Assembly (NCBI GenBank): GCA_018335295.1
Contig: JAGXKI010000008.1
Coordinates: forward strand, 635-64,634
Reading direction: 5' to 3'
Origin: a bacterium
GTDB lineage: Bacteria; Acidobacteriota; Aminicenantia; Aminicenantales; Aminicenantaceae
Length of the DNA stretch: 64,000 bases
Made by a program: the position numbers and the translations under genes. Shown here piece by piece: positions 1 through 9,956 of the stretch. The notes under the pieces are model-generated. The model searched no databases and was not told the DNA's origin. It saw nothing but the letters and a program-made list of their open reading frames with translations. Numbering within the stretch: position 1 is the first letter of the stretch; each line of letters starts with the position of its first letter.

Positions 1-1118
1 AGCAGGTTATCAAAATTATTCGGGAAGAACTGACATCTATTCTCGGGAAGGAATCCCAAGAATTGAAATTCACTTCCCCACCACCTTCTGTGTTCATGTT
101 GGTAGGTCTTCAAGGTTCTGGAAAAACAACGACATGCGGCAAACTGGCTCGATGGGTTTTGAACTCTCAAAAAAAACCTCTTATGGTTTCTTTTGATTTG
201 AAACGTCCCGCTGCCCAGGATCAATTGAAGATGATCACTCAACAACTCAATATTCCTTTTTATGAATTTTCTAAAAAACAGCTGGGTTCTCCCAGAAAAG
301 CTCTTCAGGATGTGGTCGAATATTCCAAGAAAAAGGGATTTGATCCCTGTATAGTGGATACAGCAGGAAGACTTCATGTGGATGAGGAACTGATGAAAGA
401 ATTGAGGATGACCAAAGATGTTTTGAACCCCAGTGAAGTTATGTATGTGGGAGATGCCATGACCGGCCAAGATGCAGTGAAGAGCGCTCAGTTGTTTGAG
501 GAGAAAGTTGGATTGACATCGGTTATTCTGACTAAGCTGGATGGAGATGCCCGAGGAGGAGCAGCTTTATCTGTGGTTTCTGTGTTAGGAAAGCCTATTA
601 AATTTGTGGGAACAGGGGAAAAATTTGACAAGTTTGAAGCTTTCCATCCAGAGAGAATGGCCTCTCGTATCCTGGGAATGGGTGATATGTTGAGTTTGAT
701 TGAAAAAGCCGAACAGAAAGCAGATATGAAAGAAACAGAAGAATTAGCCCGGAACCTTCGCAAGCAGGAGTTCAATCTCCAGGATTTCAAAAAACAATTA
801 GGTCAGTTTAAAAAAATGGGTTCTTTATCCCAGTTTATGAGTATGCTTCCCCAAGGGGGCCCTTTCAAGAACCTTAATAAGGTCAACATCGATGATAAAA
901 AAGTTTTTCACTATGAAGCCATCATCAATTCCATGACCATCAAAGAACGAATCAACCCAAAAATAATCAACGGGCGGCGCCGGTTAAGGATCGCTAGGGG
1001 AAGTGGAAGACCTGTGTTTGAAGTGAACCAGCTGTTGAAGCAGTATTTTGAGATGAAAAAGATGATGAAAAAGTCTAATTTTCAGAAATTAATCTCTTCA
1101 TTCCCTTCTTCTCACTAA
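1..1118 (+). CDS. ffh: Signal recognition particle protein Ffh (5' end cut by window edge; reading frame is open back to position 1)
   Basis: GLQGSGKTTT P-loop, DTAGR, Met-rich M-domain; conserved ffh-rpsP-rimM-trmD-rplS synteny. Confidence 0.9.
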   Translation, partial: QVIKIIREELTSILGKESQELKFTSPPPSVFMLVGLQGSGKTTTCGKLARWVLNSQKKPLMVSFDLKRPAAQDQLKMITQQLNIPFYEFSKKQLGSPRKALQDVVEYSKKKGFDPCIVDTAGRLHVDEELMKELRMTKDVLNPSEVMYVGDAMTGQDAVKSAQLFEEKVGLTSVILTKLDGDARGGAALSVVSVLGKPIKFVGTGEKFDKFEAFHPERMASRILGMGDMLSLIEKAEQKADMKETEELARNLRKQEFNLQDFKKQLGQFKKMGSLSQFMSMLPQGGPFKNLNKVNIDDKKVFHYEAIINSMTIKERINPKIINGRRRLRIARGSGRPVFEVNQLLKQYFEMKKMMKKSNFQKLISSFPSSH

Positions 1119-1209
1119 AAGAAAGTTCCCCGATTATTTCCTACAGTCATCGAAAAATCAAAGGAGTGTCTCAAAACTTTAAAAAGGTGAACTGCGTTCG
1201 CTTAAAAAT

Positions 1210-1238
1210 TTGACTTATGAATGGATTTTAGATAATAT
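1210..1238 (+). promoter_or_regulatory. Candidate sigma-70 promoter for rpsP operon: -35 TTGACT (1210-1215), 17-nt spacer, -10 TAATAT (1233-1238)
   Basis: Hexamers read directly about 45 nt upstream of rpsP start. Confidence 0.35.
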
Positions 1239-1280
1239 CTAAATTTAAAATCTAGAAAAGGAAAAGAAGCGAATAATAAA

Positions 1281-1541
1281 ATGGTAAGTATACGATTGAT
1301 GAGGAAGGGAGCAAAGAAAGATCCTTTTTACAGGATAGTGGTGATTGATTCCCGACAGCCAAGAGAAAGTAAAGCCAAAGATATTATTGGCTATTACGAT
1401 CCTTTAAAAGAACCCCCTGACATAGAAGTGGATTTAGAAAAAGCAAATTATTGGTTGGAAAGAGGAGCTCGTGCATCCAACACTGTGAAATCCCTTTTAA
1501 ATAAAGTTAAAGTTTCAAACTCTGAGGAATCATCCAATTAA
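1281..1541 (+). CDS. rpsP: 30S ribosomal protein S16
   Basis: MVSIRLMRKGAKKDPFYRIVVIDSR... classic S16 N-terminus. Confidence 0.9.
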   Translation: MVSIRLMRKGAKKDPFYRIVVIDSRQPRESKAKDIIGYYDPLKEPPDIEVDLEKANYWLERGARASNTVKSLLNKVKVSNSEESSN

Positions 1542-1562
1542 CAAAACTTAAAGGAGGTTACA

Positions 1563-1799
1563 GTGAAAGATCTCGTTGAAATGATTGCCAAATCATTGGT
1601 GGACAATCCGGAGAGTGTTCAAGTTTCCCAACTAGAAGGGGAACAAACCACAATTTTAGAACTCAAAGTTGCTCCGGAAGATTTAGGTAAGGTCATTGGA
1701 AAGCAGGGTCGAACGGCGAGGGCTATTCGAATTATCCTTGGTGCTGCTGGAATGAAGCTGAAGAGGAGATTCAATCTGGAAATTATTGAGAAAGGATAA
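1563..1799 (+). CDS. khpA: KH-domain RNA-binding protein (UPF0109/KhpA family), GTG start after GGAGG
   Basis: [15 protein letters not shown] motif; position between rpsP and rimM. Confidence 0.7.
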   Translation: MKDLVEMIAKSLVDNPESVQVSQLEGEQTTILELKVAPEDLGKVIGKQGRTARAIRIILGAAGMKLKRRFNLEIIEKG

Positions 1800-1800
1800 T

Positions 1801-2305
1801 TGGTCAGCATCGGAAGAATTGTTAAGAGTCACGGAAAGCGAGGCGAACTAAAAGTACATATTCATCCAGAATATTCCAAAGGCCCTTTTTTTTTAAATTA
1901 TTCCTGAAAAAAAGGGGGGAATTTGAAGGTTTCAAGGTCCAATCAGTGCGCCCTCATGGAAATTATTTCATCATAAAACTGGAAGGGGTAGATGAAATAA
2001 GCCAAGCTCAATCATTGAGGGAGCAGGAGTTGTTCCTTCCAGAAAAAGACTTAATGACTTTAGAGAAGGGACAATTTTATCATTACCAGATTATTGGGTG
2101 TAAGGTTTTCACAAAGAAGGCCACAAGAGTAGGGAAAGTTAAAGATATATGGGAAATACAAGATAACCAGCTGCTGGTTGTGGAAAAAGGAGAAAAAGAA
2201 ATTTATATCCCTTTCACCCAACAGATATGCACAGAGATTAAATTGGAAAAAAAGGAAATCATTGTTGATCCCCCTGAAGGTCTTTTAGAACTCGATGAGA
2301 TTTGA
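1801..2305 (+). pseudogene. rimM: 16S rRNA processing protein RimM, reading frame broken at a T9 homopolymer (1886-1894); N-terminal part in frame 1 (1801-1905), remainder in frame 2 (1826-2305)
   Basis: LVSIGRIVKSHGKRGELKVHIHPEYSKGPFF (frame 1) continues as ...FKVQSVRPHGNYFIIKLEGVDEISQAQSL... (frame 2); both halves fit the RimM pattern. Confidence 0.7.
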
Positions 2306-3053
2306 TATAATTACAATTCTCCCTTGCTTATTTGATTCTGTTTTTTCGGGAGGAATTTTAAAAAGAGCCATCGAAAAAGGTCTCATACAGGTTCAGATTC
2401 ATAATCTGCGGAATTATACCGAGGATAAACATAAACAGGTCGATGACCGCCCATTTGGGGGCGGGCAGGGAATGGTAATGAAAGCTGAACCTATATTTAA
2501 TGCCGTGGAACATATTCAGGAGAAAAAAGGTTCCCCTGTTTATTTACTTTCTCCCCAAGGAAAAAAATTTGATTCGGGCAAGGCAAAAAAATGGAGTGAA
2601 TATGAACAGATCATTCTTGTTTGCGGCCGGTATGAAGGAGTGGATGAAAGAGTGATCCGATATTTGATAACCGATGAAATTTCTATTGGAGATTATATTT
2701 TATCGGGAGGAGAATATGCTTCCCTTGTTATTGTGGATGCGGTGTCCCGGTTTATTCCAGGGGTTGTGGGCAAGGAAGAATCCGTCCAACAGGATTCGTT
2801 CTCTAAAAATCTTTTTGATTTCCCTCAGTATACCAGACCCCGGGATTTCAGAGGAATGAAAGTTCCCTCTGTCCTTTTTTCAGGGGATCATCAAAAGATT
2901 GGACAATGGCGGAGGGAAGAATCTTTAAAAAAAACCTGGATTCGAAGGCCTGATTTAATGGATAAGGATTTATCTGAAGAAGATAAAGCGATCCTTGGGA
3001 AAATAAAATCAGAAAAGAAAGGAAAGAACCATGAATCAGATGAATCTTGTTGA
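2295..3053 (+). CDS. trmD: tRNA (guanine37-N1)-methyltransferase TrmD
   Basis: [10 protein letters not shown]...[17 protein letters not shown] fold motifs; overlaps rimM stop. Confidence 0.9.
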   Translation: MRFDIITILPCLFDSVFSGGILKRAIEKGLIQVQIHNLRNYTEDKHKQVDDRPFGGGQGMVMKAEPIFNAVEHIQEKKGSPVYLLSPQGKKFDSGKAKKWSEYEQIILVCGRYEGVDERVIRYLITDEISIGDYILSGGEYASLVIVDAVSRFIPGVVGKEESVQQDSFSKNLFDFPQYTRPRDFRGMKVPSVLFSGDHQKIGQWRREESLKKTWIRRPDLMDKDLSEEDKAILGKIKSEKKGKNHESDESC

Positions 3054-3372
3054 AGAAAAACAACTCAAAAAGGATTTACCACCTTTTAGAGTGGGAGATA
3101 CGGTCAACGTTCATGTGCTTATCAGGGAAGGGGATAAAACAAGAGTGCAGGTTTTTAAAGGTCATGTGATATCCAAGCGGGGTTCTGGAATGAGTTCTAC
3201 CTTCACAGTTAGGAAAAATTCATTTGGTGTGGGAGTGGAAAGGATTTTTCCTATGCATTCGAAAATGATTAAAAAGATCGAATTGGTAAAAAGAGGAAGG
3301 GTTCGAAAAGGAAAACTGTATTATCTTCGCAAACTTAAAGGTAAAGCAGCTAAAGTTAAAGAAATAAGATAA
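3031..3372 (+). CDS. rplS: 50S ribosomal protein L19
   Basis: [11 protein letters not shown]...RKGKLYYLR. Confidence 0.9.
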   Translation: MNQMNLVEEKQLKKDLPPFRVGDTVNVHVLIREGDKTRVQVFKGHVISKRGSGMSSTFTVRKNSFGVGVERIFPMHSKMIKKIELVKRGRVRKGKLYYLRKLKGKAAKVKEIR

Positions 3373-3500
3373 TTTTTTTGTAAACCTCCGTTTTTTTCTT
3401 TACATTCATTCTTTTTCTAAAGAAGTTTTTTCCTGGATAAGTTTTTTTCTTAGTTCGAAAATAGCTTGTTTGATCAAATTTTTAGGGGGGATCATTCTAA

Positions 3501-3531
3501 AGCGAGAAAGGAGAGACGGGCGAGAAAAGCG
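3501..3531. repeat. 31-bp intergenic repeat (core GAGACGGGCGAGAAAAG, GCGAGAAA submotif), second copy at 21394-21424
   Basis: About 27/31 identical between the two loci; both followed by a T/G-rich tract. Confidence 0.6.
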
Positions 3532-3639
3532 TTCATTTTGTTTATTTGGTCTGTTTGGTCTTTTTGATTGTTTCAGTTGAATTCCCTCAACCTTAACCTA
3601 AACCTCAACCTCTATTAAACTTTTGATTTTTGAATGAGT

Positions 3640-3666
3640 TTGAACTTTTTTTCTGTGTGTTATAAT
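3640..3666 (+). promoter_or_regulatory. Candidate extended -10 promoter for rnhB: -35 TTGAAC (3640-3645), TGT-TATAAT (3658-3666)
   Basis: TGnTATAAT read directly; about 47 nt upstream of GTG start. Confidence 0.4.
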
Positions 3667-3699
3667 ATTCAACGGGTTGATTATAAAATGTTGAATATT
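3664..3699. promoter_or_regulatory. Perfect 10-bp inverted repeat AATATTCAAC-N16-GTTGAATATT overlapping the -10 element (candidate operator or 5'UTR hairpin)
   Basis: Reverse complement verified by hand. Confidence 0.4.
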
Positions 3700-3712
3700 T
3701 CTTTAGGCTAAG

Positions 3713-4345
3713 GTGAGTAAGTTGCCCGATTTTCAAATGGAAAGGAAGGTAGTGAGAAAGGGATTCCAGGCTGTAGCTGGAGTGGATGAAGTAGGACGAG
3801 GAGCTCTCTTTGGGTCGGTGGTGGCAGCAGCCATCATATTACCTCTCCAGTATATCACTGGAAAATGCCCAGAATGGATTGGAGAGATTGATGACAGCAA
3901 AGTTCTTTCTCCGGCAAGGAGGTTAAGATTAGCTAAAGAGATACACAGTCAGGCCCGTGCTGTAGGGATAGGTTGGTCCACCCATGAGGAAATTGACCGT
4001 GATAATATTTCCAATGCTACCCTTATGGCTATGGAGAGAGCTGTTCAAGCTTTAGCCGTTCCTCCAGATTTTTTATTGATAGATGCGGTTTCACTCCAAG
4101 GAAATGATTGTCCCCAGATGAAACTTTCCCAAGGGGATAAAAAATGTGTATCTATTGCCTGTGCATCCATTGTGGCTAAGGTTCTTCGGGATGAAATGGT
4201 CATTCGGTTGGACAGGATTTTTGATGGTTATTCCTTGGCAAAGAATAAGGGTTATGGGACTCGAGAACATTACCAGATGTTGAAGGAGTTAGGACCTTCT
4301 CCTTTCCATAGACTCAGTTTTAACTTAAAAGTTAAGGGTAAATGA
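3713..4345 (+). CDS. rnhB: Ribonuclease HII
   Basis: VAGVDEVGRGALFGSVVAAAII, DDSKVLS motifs. Confidence 0.85.
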   Translation: MSKLPDFQMERKVVRKGFQAVAGVDEVGRGALFGSVVAAAIILPLQYITGKCPEWIGEIDDSKVLSPARRLRLAKEIHSQARAVGIGWSTHEEIDRDNISNATLMAMERAVQALAVPPDFLLIDAVSLQGNDCPQMKLSQGDKKCVSIACASIVAKVLRDEMVIRLDRIFDGYSLAKNKGYGTREHYQMLKELGPSPFHRLSFNLKVKGK

Positions 4346-6507
4346 TGAAAGACCCTAAAAAGAGGACAAAAATAGAAGCTCAAGCGGAAAGACTTGTTAA
4401 GAAGGGAAAATTTGGGGAAGCCATCCGGAAATACCAGGAATTATTGACAGGAAATGAACAGGATGTCCAGTTGAAAAACATCATCGGAGACCTTTATGTT
4501 AAATCCGGCCAAAAAGATAAAGCTGTCGAAGAATTTAAAAAAATTGCTGAGTATTATGAAGACAAAGGATTGCATTCCAAATCCATAGCTATCTATAAAA
4601 AAATAAACAAAATAAACCCCAATGATCTTCCCTCGGCTCAGAAATTGGCCGATTATTATAAGAATCAGGGTTTCACTTCCGAAGCTAAAAAGGCTTACCT
4701 GAATTTGGCTAACATTAGGAGCAAAAACGGGCAAAATCAGGAAGCCATACAGAGCTATGAGAAAGTTTTGGATTTGGATCCTCAGGATACCAATTCCAGG
4801 ATGTCCTTAGCTGAGATTTATCAAAAAGAAAAAATGAACGACCAGGCTTTGGAAGAACTCAATAAAGTTGCCGAATCCAAAATCAGCCAGAATGACCTCA
4901 AAGAGGCAGAAAAAGTACTGGGCCAAGCCAAAAAATTAAAAGAGGATCATCCCCGAACTCTGGCAAATTTGATGGAACTTCTTAAAAAACAGAATAAAAG
5001 AAAAGAAGCTTCCTCTCTCCTCGATGAAATCCTGAAGAAGGATAAGAACAACCTAAAAGCTCTTTATTTACTCGGAAATTTCTATTTGGAAGATAAAGAT
5101 TACCGAAAAGCGGGGGAAACATTTTCCAAAATCCTATCTTTACAGCCCAAAGAAGTGAATGCCAAGGTCAAATTAGGGAAAATATATATTCAACAACAGA
5201 AATTCAATCAGGCTTATGAATTGTTTGAGCCTTTGGTTGAAGCATTGCTGCGTAAACGCAGAGTGAAACAGGCCATTGGTTTGCTCGGGCTTATTTTGTC
5301 TTCAAAAAAACCCCATCTTCCTACCTTGGAAAAATTATCTTCTGTTTATAAACTGCAGCAAAAAACAGAGGATTTGGTTCTTGCTTATAAAGTGCTCATA
5401 AAAGAATATGAGAACAGAAATTTCAAGGAAAGACTTTATTCTGTGTTAGAAGATTTGGTTCGCCTTCGACCTGAAGAGGAGGATTATTATTCTCAATACA
5501 AAAAATTGAAAAAGGAGTTGGGAAAGCCTGAAGAAAAGGAAGAAAGGGGCTGGGAGAAAAAAGAGGAGAAAAAGGAAGAAAAGAAAGAAGGGAAAGAAGA
5601 GAGGGGAAAAGAGGCTCCTTCTGATGAGGAAAAGACCCAACAAATCGATTCTTTTCTGAAAAAGGCTGATTTGTACGTGGAACAGGGTTTGATCCGGAAT
5701 GCAAAGAGAATTCTTGAAAATTTAAGGCTGGAATATCCTGATGATCCCCGGATCAATCAGAAATTAGCAGAGATTAAAGATATTGTTTCCGAAGTCAAGG
5801 ATGAAGAAATACCGGAACAGCTAAAAAGAGTGAAGAAGAGGGAAACTCAACTTTTTGGAAAAGAAGGTTCGGCGGAGAATCAAGAGAGGGAGGAAGAGGG
5901 AAGTGAAGAGAAACTCACCTCCGCGGATATATTCGCTGAAACCGATATCATACCCATGGTTTCTCAGGAAGAAGGTGAAAAAAAATACTATGATTTAGGA
6001 AATAAAATAGAAGAAGAGCAGGAAGCGATCCAGGCCACTCTGAATTATCAGAAGAGGGGAGATACTACCATCGTGGAAAAGCCTCTTCAGGATATTCTTT
6101 CCGAATTCAGAGAAGCTCTGGAAGAGAAGGTGGATAAGGAAGATTATGAAAGTCGGTACAATCTGGGAATAGCTTTCCTGGAGCAGGAATTACCAGATGA
6201 GGCGATTGAAGAATTTAAATTGGCTGCTAAAGATGAAAAATTAACTGTGGAGAGTTACAGCCTTGTCAGTTTTTGCTACAGACAAAAAAAGGAATTCAAG
6301 GAAGCTCTAAAGTGGATGGAAAAGGCTATGGAACTTGCTTCTGAAAACTCTAACCAGATTTTTGCGTTGAAGTATGAATTAGGAGCTCTGTATGAAGATA
6401 TGGATGAAAAGGAAAAAGCATTAAAATTATTTAAAGAAGTCAAAAAATGGAACCCGGATTACCGGGATGTAGACCAAAAGATAAAAGCCTTAGAGAAAAA
6501 TAAATAA
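4342..6507 (+). CDS. TPR-repeat protein with internal Glu/Lys-rich low-complexity tract (about aa 395-425)
   Basis: Multiple TPR-like helices (AxxYYxxxG, NPxD); purine-rich EK repeat 5520-5640. Confidence 0.65.
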   Translation: MMKDPKKRTKIEAQAERLVKKGKFGEAIRKYQELLTGNEQDVQLKNIIGDLYVKSGQKDKAVEEFKKIAEYYEDKGLHSKSIAIYKKINKINPNDLPSAQKLADYYKNQGFTSEAKKAYLNLANIRSKNGQNQEAIQSYEKVLDLDPQDTNSRMSLAEIYQKEKMNDQALEELNKVAESKISQNDLKEAEKVLGQAKKLKEDHPRTLANLMELLKKQNKRKEASSLLDEILKKDKNNLKALYLLGNFYLEDKDYRKAGETFSKILSLQPKEVNAKVKLGKIYIQQQKFNQAYELFEPLVEALLRKRRVKQAIGLLGLILSSKKPHLPTLEKLSSVYKLQQKTEDLVLAYKVLIKEYENRNFKERLYSVLEDLVRLRPEEEDYYSQYKKLKKELGKPEEKEERGWEKKEEKKEEKKEGKEERGKEAPSDEEKTQQIDSFLKKADLYVEQGLIRNAKRILENLRLEYPDDPRINQKLAEIKDIVSEVKDEEIPEQLKRVKKRETQLFGKEGSAENQEREEEGSEEKLTSADIFAETDIIPMVSQEEGEKKYYDLGNKIEEEQEAIQATLNYQKRGDTTIVEKPLQDILSEFREALEEKVDKEDYESRYNLGIAFLEQELPDEAIEEFKLAAKDEKLTVESYSLVSFCYRQKKEFKEALKWMEKAMELASENSNQIFALKYELGALYEDMDEKEKALKLFKEVKKWNPDYRDVDQKIKALEKNK

Positions 6508-6608
6508 TTTCACCTCACTTTTATGTAAGTCCAAATGAGAAAAAGAGGGATTTCCTCACGTTATTTGTACTGAAAAGAGGATCAGACTTTTAATAAAGGC
6601 TTTTTTGG

Positions 6609-8078
6609 ATGATAACTTCGGCCGTTGCTGGTAAGAAAAATCCATTATGTTTGAAATTGTTGAATTTAATCAAGGAAGAAGTACCGGTTGATGAGATTTG
6701 TTTTTTCTCTGGGGATGGAAAGGATTCCGGTTTTCTTGAAAATGCCCCTCCATTATCTTTAGGAGTCAATACCAATCTCCGAGAGAAGATAATGAAGAAA
6801 GCTTTCCGGGATGAAAATCCTGTTTTCATTCCGGATCTCCATAAGGAAACTTGGTTGAAAGTGAATATTCAGGAGAAGGATGAAAGAGGCCGAAGCATTT
6901 TCTGCTTTCCTTTGTTGGTGAAAAATAAACCAGCCGGTATATTGTACTTGGAACGGTCCCATAAATATGGCCCTTTTTCCCGACGTGAGATGAAACTCAT
7001 AATGGCTTTATCCAGGCCTTTGAACTTTTTGCTGCCGGAGCATCCACAAAGGAGAGCTATCCAAGGACCCCCTTTATTGGATTCTGATACGGGCTTGGTG
7101 GGGGAGAGTCCTCAGTTTATGAATCTTCTCCGGTTGATTGAAAAAGTGAAGGATATAAATGCATCTGTGATGATATGGGGAGAAAGCGGAACAGGAAAAG
7201 AAATGGTAGCCCGGGTCATCCATGAAAAGGGAACCCGGAAAAAAGGAAATTTTGTGGCTCTTAATTGTGGAGCCGTGCCTGATTTTCTGTTGGAAAGTGA
7301 ATTATTTGGTTATGTGAAAGGAGCCTTCACTGGAGCTACCAGAAACAAGCCTGGTCTTATTGAAGAAGCCGAAGGAGGAGCTTTTTTTTTGGATGAAATA
7401 GCGGATCTTTCTCCTCATCTTCAAGCCAAGCTTCTTCGGGTTCTTCAAGAAAAGGAGATCCGCAGGATTGGTGAAAATCAAGTTCGTTGGGTGAACACAA
7501 GATTTTTAAGCGCCACCAATAAAAATATTGAGGAGGAGATCAACAAGGGGAAATTCAGGGAAGACTTGTACTACCGTTTGAACATACTCACTCTTCGGAT
7601 TCCCCCTTTAAGAGAAAGAAAGGAAGATGTGCTTGTTCTCCTAAATCATTTTGTGGATAAGTACTGCAGCTTGTTTCATTGGAAAGAACGCCCTTTTTTT
7701 TCTCCAAGGGCCGTGGAAATGATGATGGATTATTCTTGGCCCGGGAATGTCAGAGAACTCCAGAACGAAGTCCAGAGATGTTTGATTATGAGCAAAGAGG
7801 AGGGATTTATTAAGGAGGATCATTTGTCTTCAAAAATAAATCCATCTGGTCAGAAAAAGTGTGGATATGCCTACGATTTTTTCAAAGCCAAAGCTGAGTT
7901 TGAAAAACGTTTTCTTTGTCAAGCTTTAGCCCGGTGGAATTACAACAAAGCTAAAACAGCGGAGAAGATAGGATTAAGCCGTCAGGGACTTTTCAAATTG
8001 ATCAAGAAGCATAAACTTAATTTCCCATCCAAGTTCTCCCGTATCCCTGAAAATGTCTCTTTTTCCGGATGGGAATAA
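6609..8078 (+). CDS. Sigma-54-dependent transcriptional activator (GAF-like N-terminus, AAA+ sigma-54 interaction domain, Fis-type HTH)
   Basis: GESGTGKE Walker A, GAFTGA, ESELFGY, C-terminal KAKTAEKIGLSRQGLFK. Confidence 0.8.
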   Translation: MITSAVAGKKNPLCLKLLNLIKEEVPVDEICFFSGDGKDSGFLENAPPLSLGVNTNLREKIMKKAFRDENPVFIPDLHKETWLKVNIQEKDERGRSIFCFPLLVKNKPAGILYLERSHKYGPFSRREMKLIMALSRPLNFLLPEHPQRRAIQGPPLLDSDTGLVGESPQFMNLLRLIEKVKDINASVMIWGESGTGKEMVARVIHEKGTRKKGNFVALNCGAVPDFLLESELFGYVKGAFTGATRNKPGLIEEAEGGAFFLDEIADLSPHLQAKLLRVLQEKEIRRIGENQVRWVNTRFLSATNKNIEEEINKGKFREDLYYRLNILTLRIPPLRERKEDVLVLLNHFVDKYCSLFHWKERPFFSPRAVEMMMDYSWPGNVRELQNEVQRCLIMSKEEGFIKEDHLSSKINPSGQKKCGYAYDFFKAKAEFEKRFLCQALARWNYNKAKTAEKIGLSRQGLFKLIKKHKLNFPSKFSRIPENVSFSGWE

Positions 8079-8128
8079 ACGAATGAGAAATTGCGAAATT
8101 TTTTTATTTTTGTTAAATTTCCAGTGGA

Positions 8129-8404
8129 ATGGAAAAGAAAAAGGGTAAATCAAAAGTGTTTAAAGTTAAATGTCCCCTATGCCATTCTTTCCTTTGGATT
8201 GATTCCCAGAATAAAGAAGTTATTCATTATGAAAAGGCAGAAAAGAAAAAAGGGTCTTTGGAAGACCTTTTGTCCCAAGAGAAGCAAAGAAAAAAGGAGT
8301 TTGGACGAAGGTTTGAAGCCACTGCTGAATTGAGTGAGGAGAGGAGAAAAGAAGCTCATAAGAAATTCAAAAAATATTTAAAAGAGAGGGATAACGAAGA
8401 ATAA
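8129..8404 (+). CDS. Hypothetical small Lys/Glu-rich protein with single CPLCH motif
   Basis: ORF only; weak RBS; overlaps an alternative-frame ORF 8091-8333. Confidence 0.3.
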   Translation: MEKKKGKSKVFKVKCPLCHSFLWIDSQNKEVIHYEKAEKKKGSLEDLLSQEKQRKKEFGRRFEATAELSEERRKEAHKKFKKYLKERDNEE

Positions 8405-8516
8405 CTCCTCTAAAGGATTGATTGAGTTTGAAAATAACTCTTTAGAGTCTCCAGGATAAAAGCGAACTCTATACACCTCCAATTTTCTCCGGGGATGAAA
8501 TGCTTCCTAGAGATAA

Positions 8517-9944
8517 TCAGCTTCCGATTTGAGTTTCATCCTCTCTGATTTTAGGAGCCATGGTTATTTTGGTGAATCCAAAAAGAGCCAAGATGATGAC
8601 TGAAGCATAATTCATAATTGCCCAGGGTAGGTAAGTGAAGGTGGAGACCCCAATAGTCCCGGTGATGTAAACTCCCGCCATACTCCAGGGGATAAGAGGT
8701 ACCATAATGGCACCACTTTCTTCAACAATCCGGGATAGGTTTTTAGCGGCCAATTTCTCTTTTTTATAAATGGGAGAGAGAAGTTCTCCGGGGATGATCA
8801 TGGAGAGATAGGAACTTCCGGTGACCAGAGCTGTCACGATGGACGTACTGATAGTGGTCAAGACAATACTCCAAACTTTATTGGCGAATTTCATCACTCG
8901 GTCGAGAATTACAGAGAGAAGTCCGGTGCGCTGCATGATACCCCCAAAACTGAAGGCAGTGAAAGCAACGAGTAGAGTTTCCATCATGCTCATCATTCCT
9001 CCTCGGGAAATGAGTTGGTCCACTTGTTCCACACCTGTATGAGCCTGGTAACCCGTGTTGACAGCGGTGGCGATTTCAGTGACAGGAGCTTTTTGAAAAA
9101 CAACGGCTAAGATACCCGCAATGAAAGAAGAAAAGAGCATTCCAGGGATGGTAGGCTTTTTGGTGGCGGCAAAATAAAAAACCACCACCATAGGAAGAAG
9201 AAGGAAAATATTGAAGTTGAAGTTTTCCTTTAAAGTTTGAGTAATAAGGGTCATGGATTCAGATTCCACTTTTTCGGTTCCGTACTGGAGTCCTACTAAA
9301 AAATAAATCAAAAGTCCCAGAAGCCAGGCTGGGGTTGCTGAAAACATCATGTGCTTGATATGATCGAAAAGGTTAGATCCTGCAGCCACAGGTGCCAAAT
9401 TGGTCACGTCAGAAAAAGGAGACATCTTGTCTCCAAAATAAGCTCCAGCAACAATGGCTCCAGCGGCAGGACCCAGAGGTATTCCCAGGCCCATAGCAAT
9501 GCCGATGAATGCCACCCCCAGAGTGCCGATGGTTCCCCAAGAAGTTCCGGTGGCAATTGAGGTTAAAGAACAAACAAAGCATGCTGTAACTAAAAAATAT
9601 TGGGGGGAGATGAGCTTGAGTCCATAGTATATCACCATAGGTATGGTTCCGCTGGCAATCCAGGCACCAATAAGTATTCCTACACAAAGCATAATCAGGA
9701 TGGCCGGCATCGCCTTGTGGATGCTGTCCACGATTCCTCTTTCCATATCCTTCCAGTTCCAGCGTAAAATAAAACCGAGACATCCCGTAATAAAAGCGGC
9801 AGCCACCAGAAGAACTTGCGGCCGAATTTTGTATATCCCATAGCCCACACCAAGAAGAATACCCATGGCGATTAAAGGAAGTAAGGCCACTCCAAAACTG
9901 GCCTTTTTGGGTTCTCTTTTTATATTCTTTTTTTGTTGATTCAT
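8517..9944 (-). CDS. nhaC: Na+/H+ antiporter NhaC family membrane protein
   Basis: About 12 TM helices, NhaC-family conserved blocks (GTSWGT, GAYFGDKMSP). Confidence 0.7.
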   Translation of the reverse strand: MNQQKKNIKREPKKASFGVALLPLIAMGILLGVGYGIYKIRPQVLLVAAAFITGCLGFILRWNWKDMERGIVDSIHKAMPAILIMLCVGILIGAWIASGTIPMVIYYGLKLISPQYFLVTACFVCSLTSIATGTSWGTIGTLGVAFIGIAMGLGIPLGPAAGAIVAGAYFGDKMSPFSDVTNLAPVAAGSNLFDHIKHMMFSATPAWLLGLLIYFLVGLQYGTEKVESESMTLITQTLKENFNFNIFLLLPMVVVFYFAATKKPTIPGMLFSSFIAGILAVVFQKAPVTEIATAVNTGYQAHTGVEQVDQLISRGGMMSMMETLLVAFTAFSFGGIMQRTGLLSVILDRVMKFANKVWSIVLTTISTSIVTALVTGSSYLSMIIPGELLSPIYKKEKLAAKNLSRIVEESGAIMVPLIPWSMAGVYITGTIGVSTFTYLPWAIMNYASVIILALFGFTKITMAPKIREDETQIGS

Positions 9945-9956
9945 GGCTTTATCTTC

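Noticed and set aside
5423-5756. Three overlapping minus-strand ORFs (65-93 aa) inside the TPR gene
   Set aside because: They are reverse-complement readings of the purine-rich EK tract (Phe/Leu/Ser-rich nonsense), inside a confidently coding plus-strand gene.
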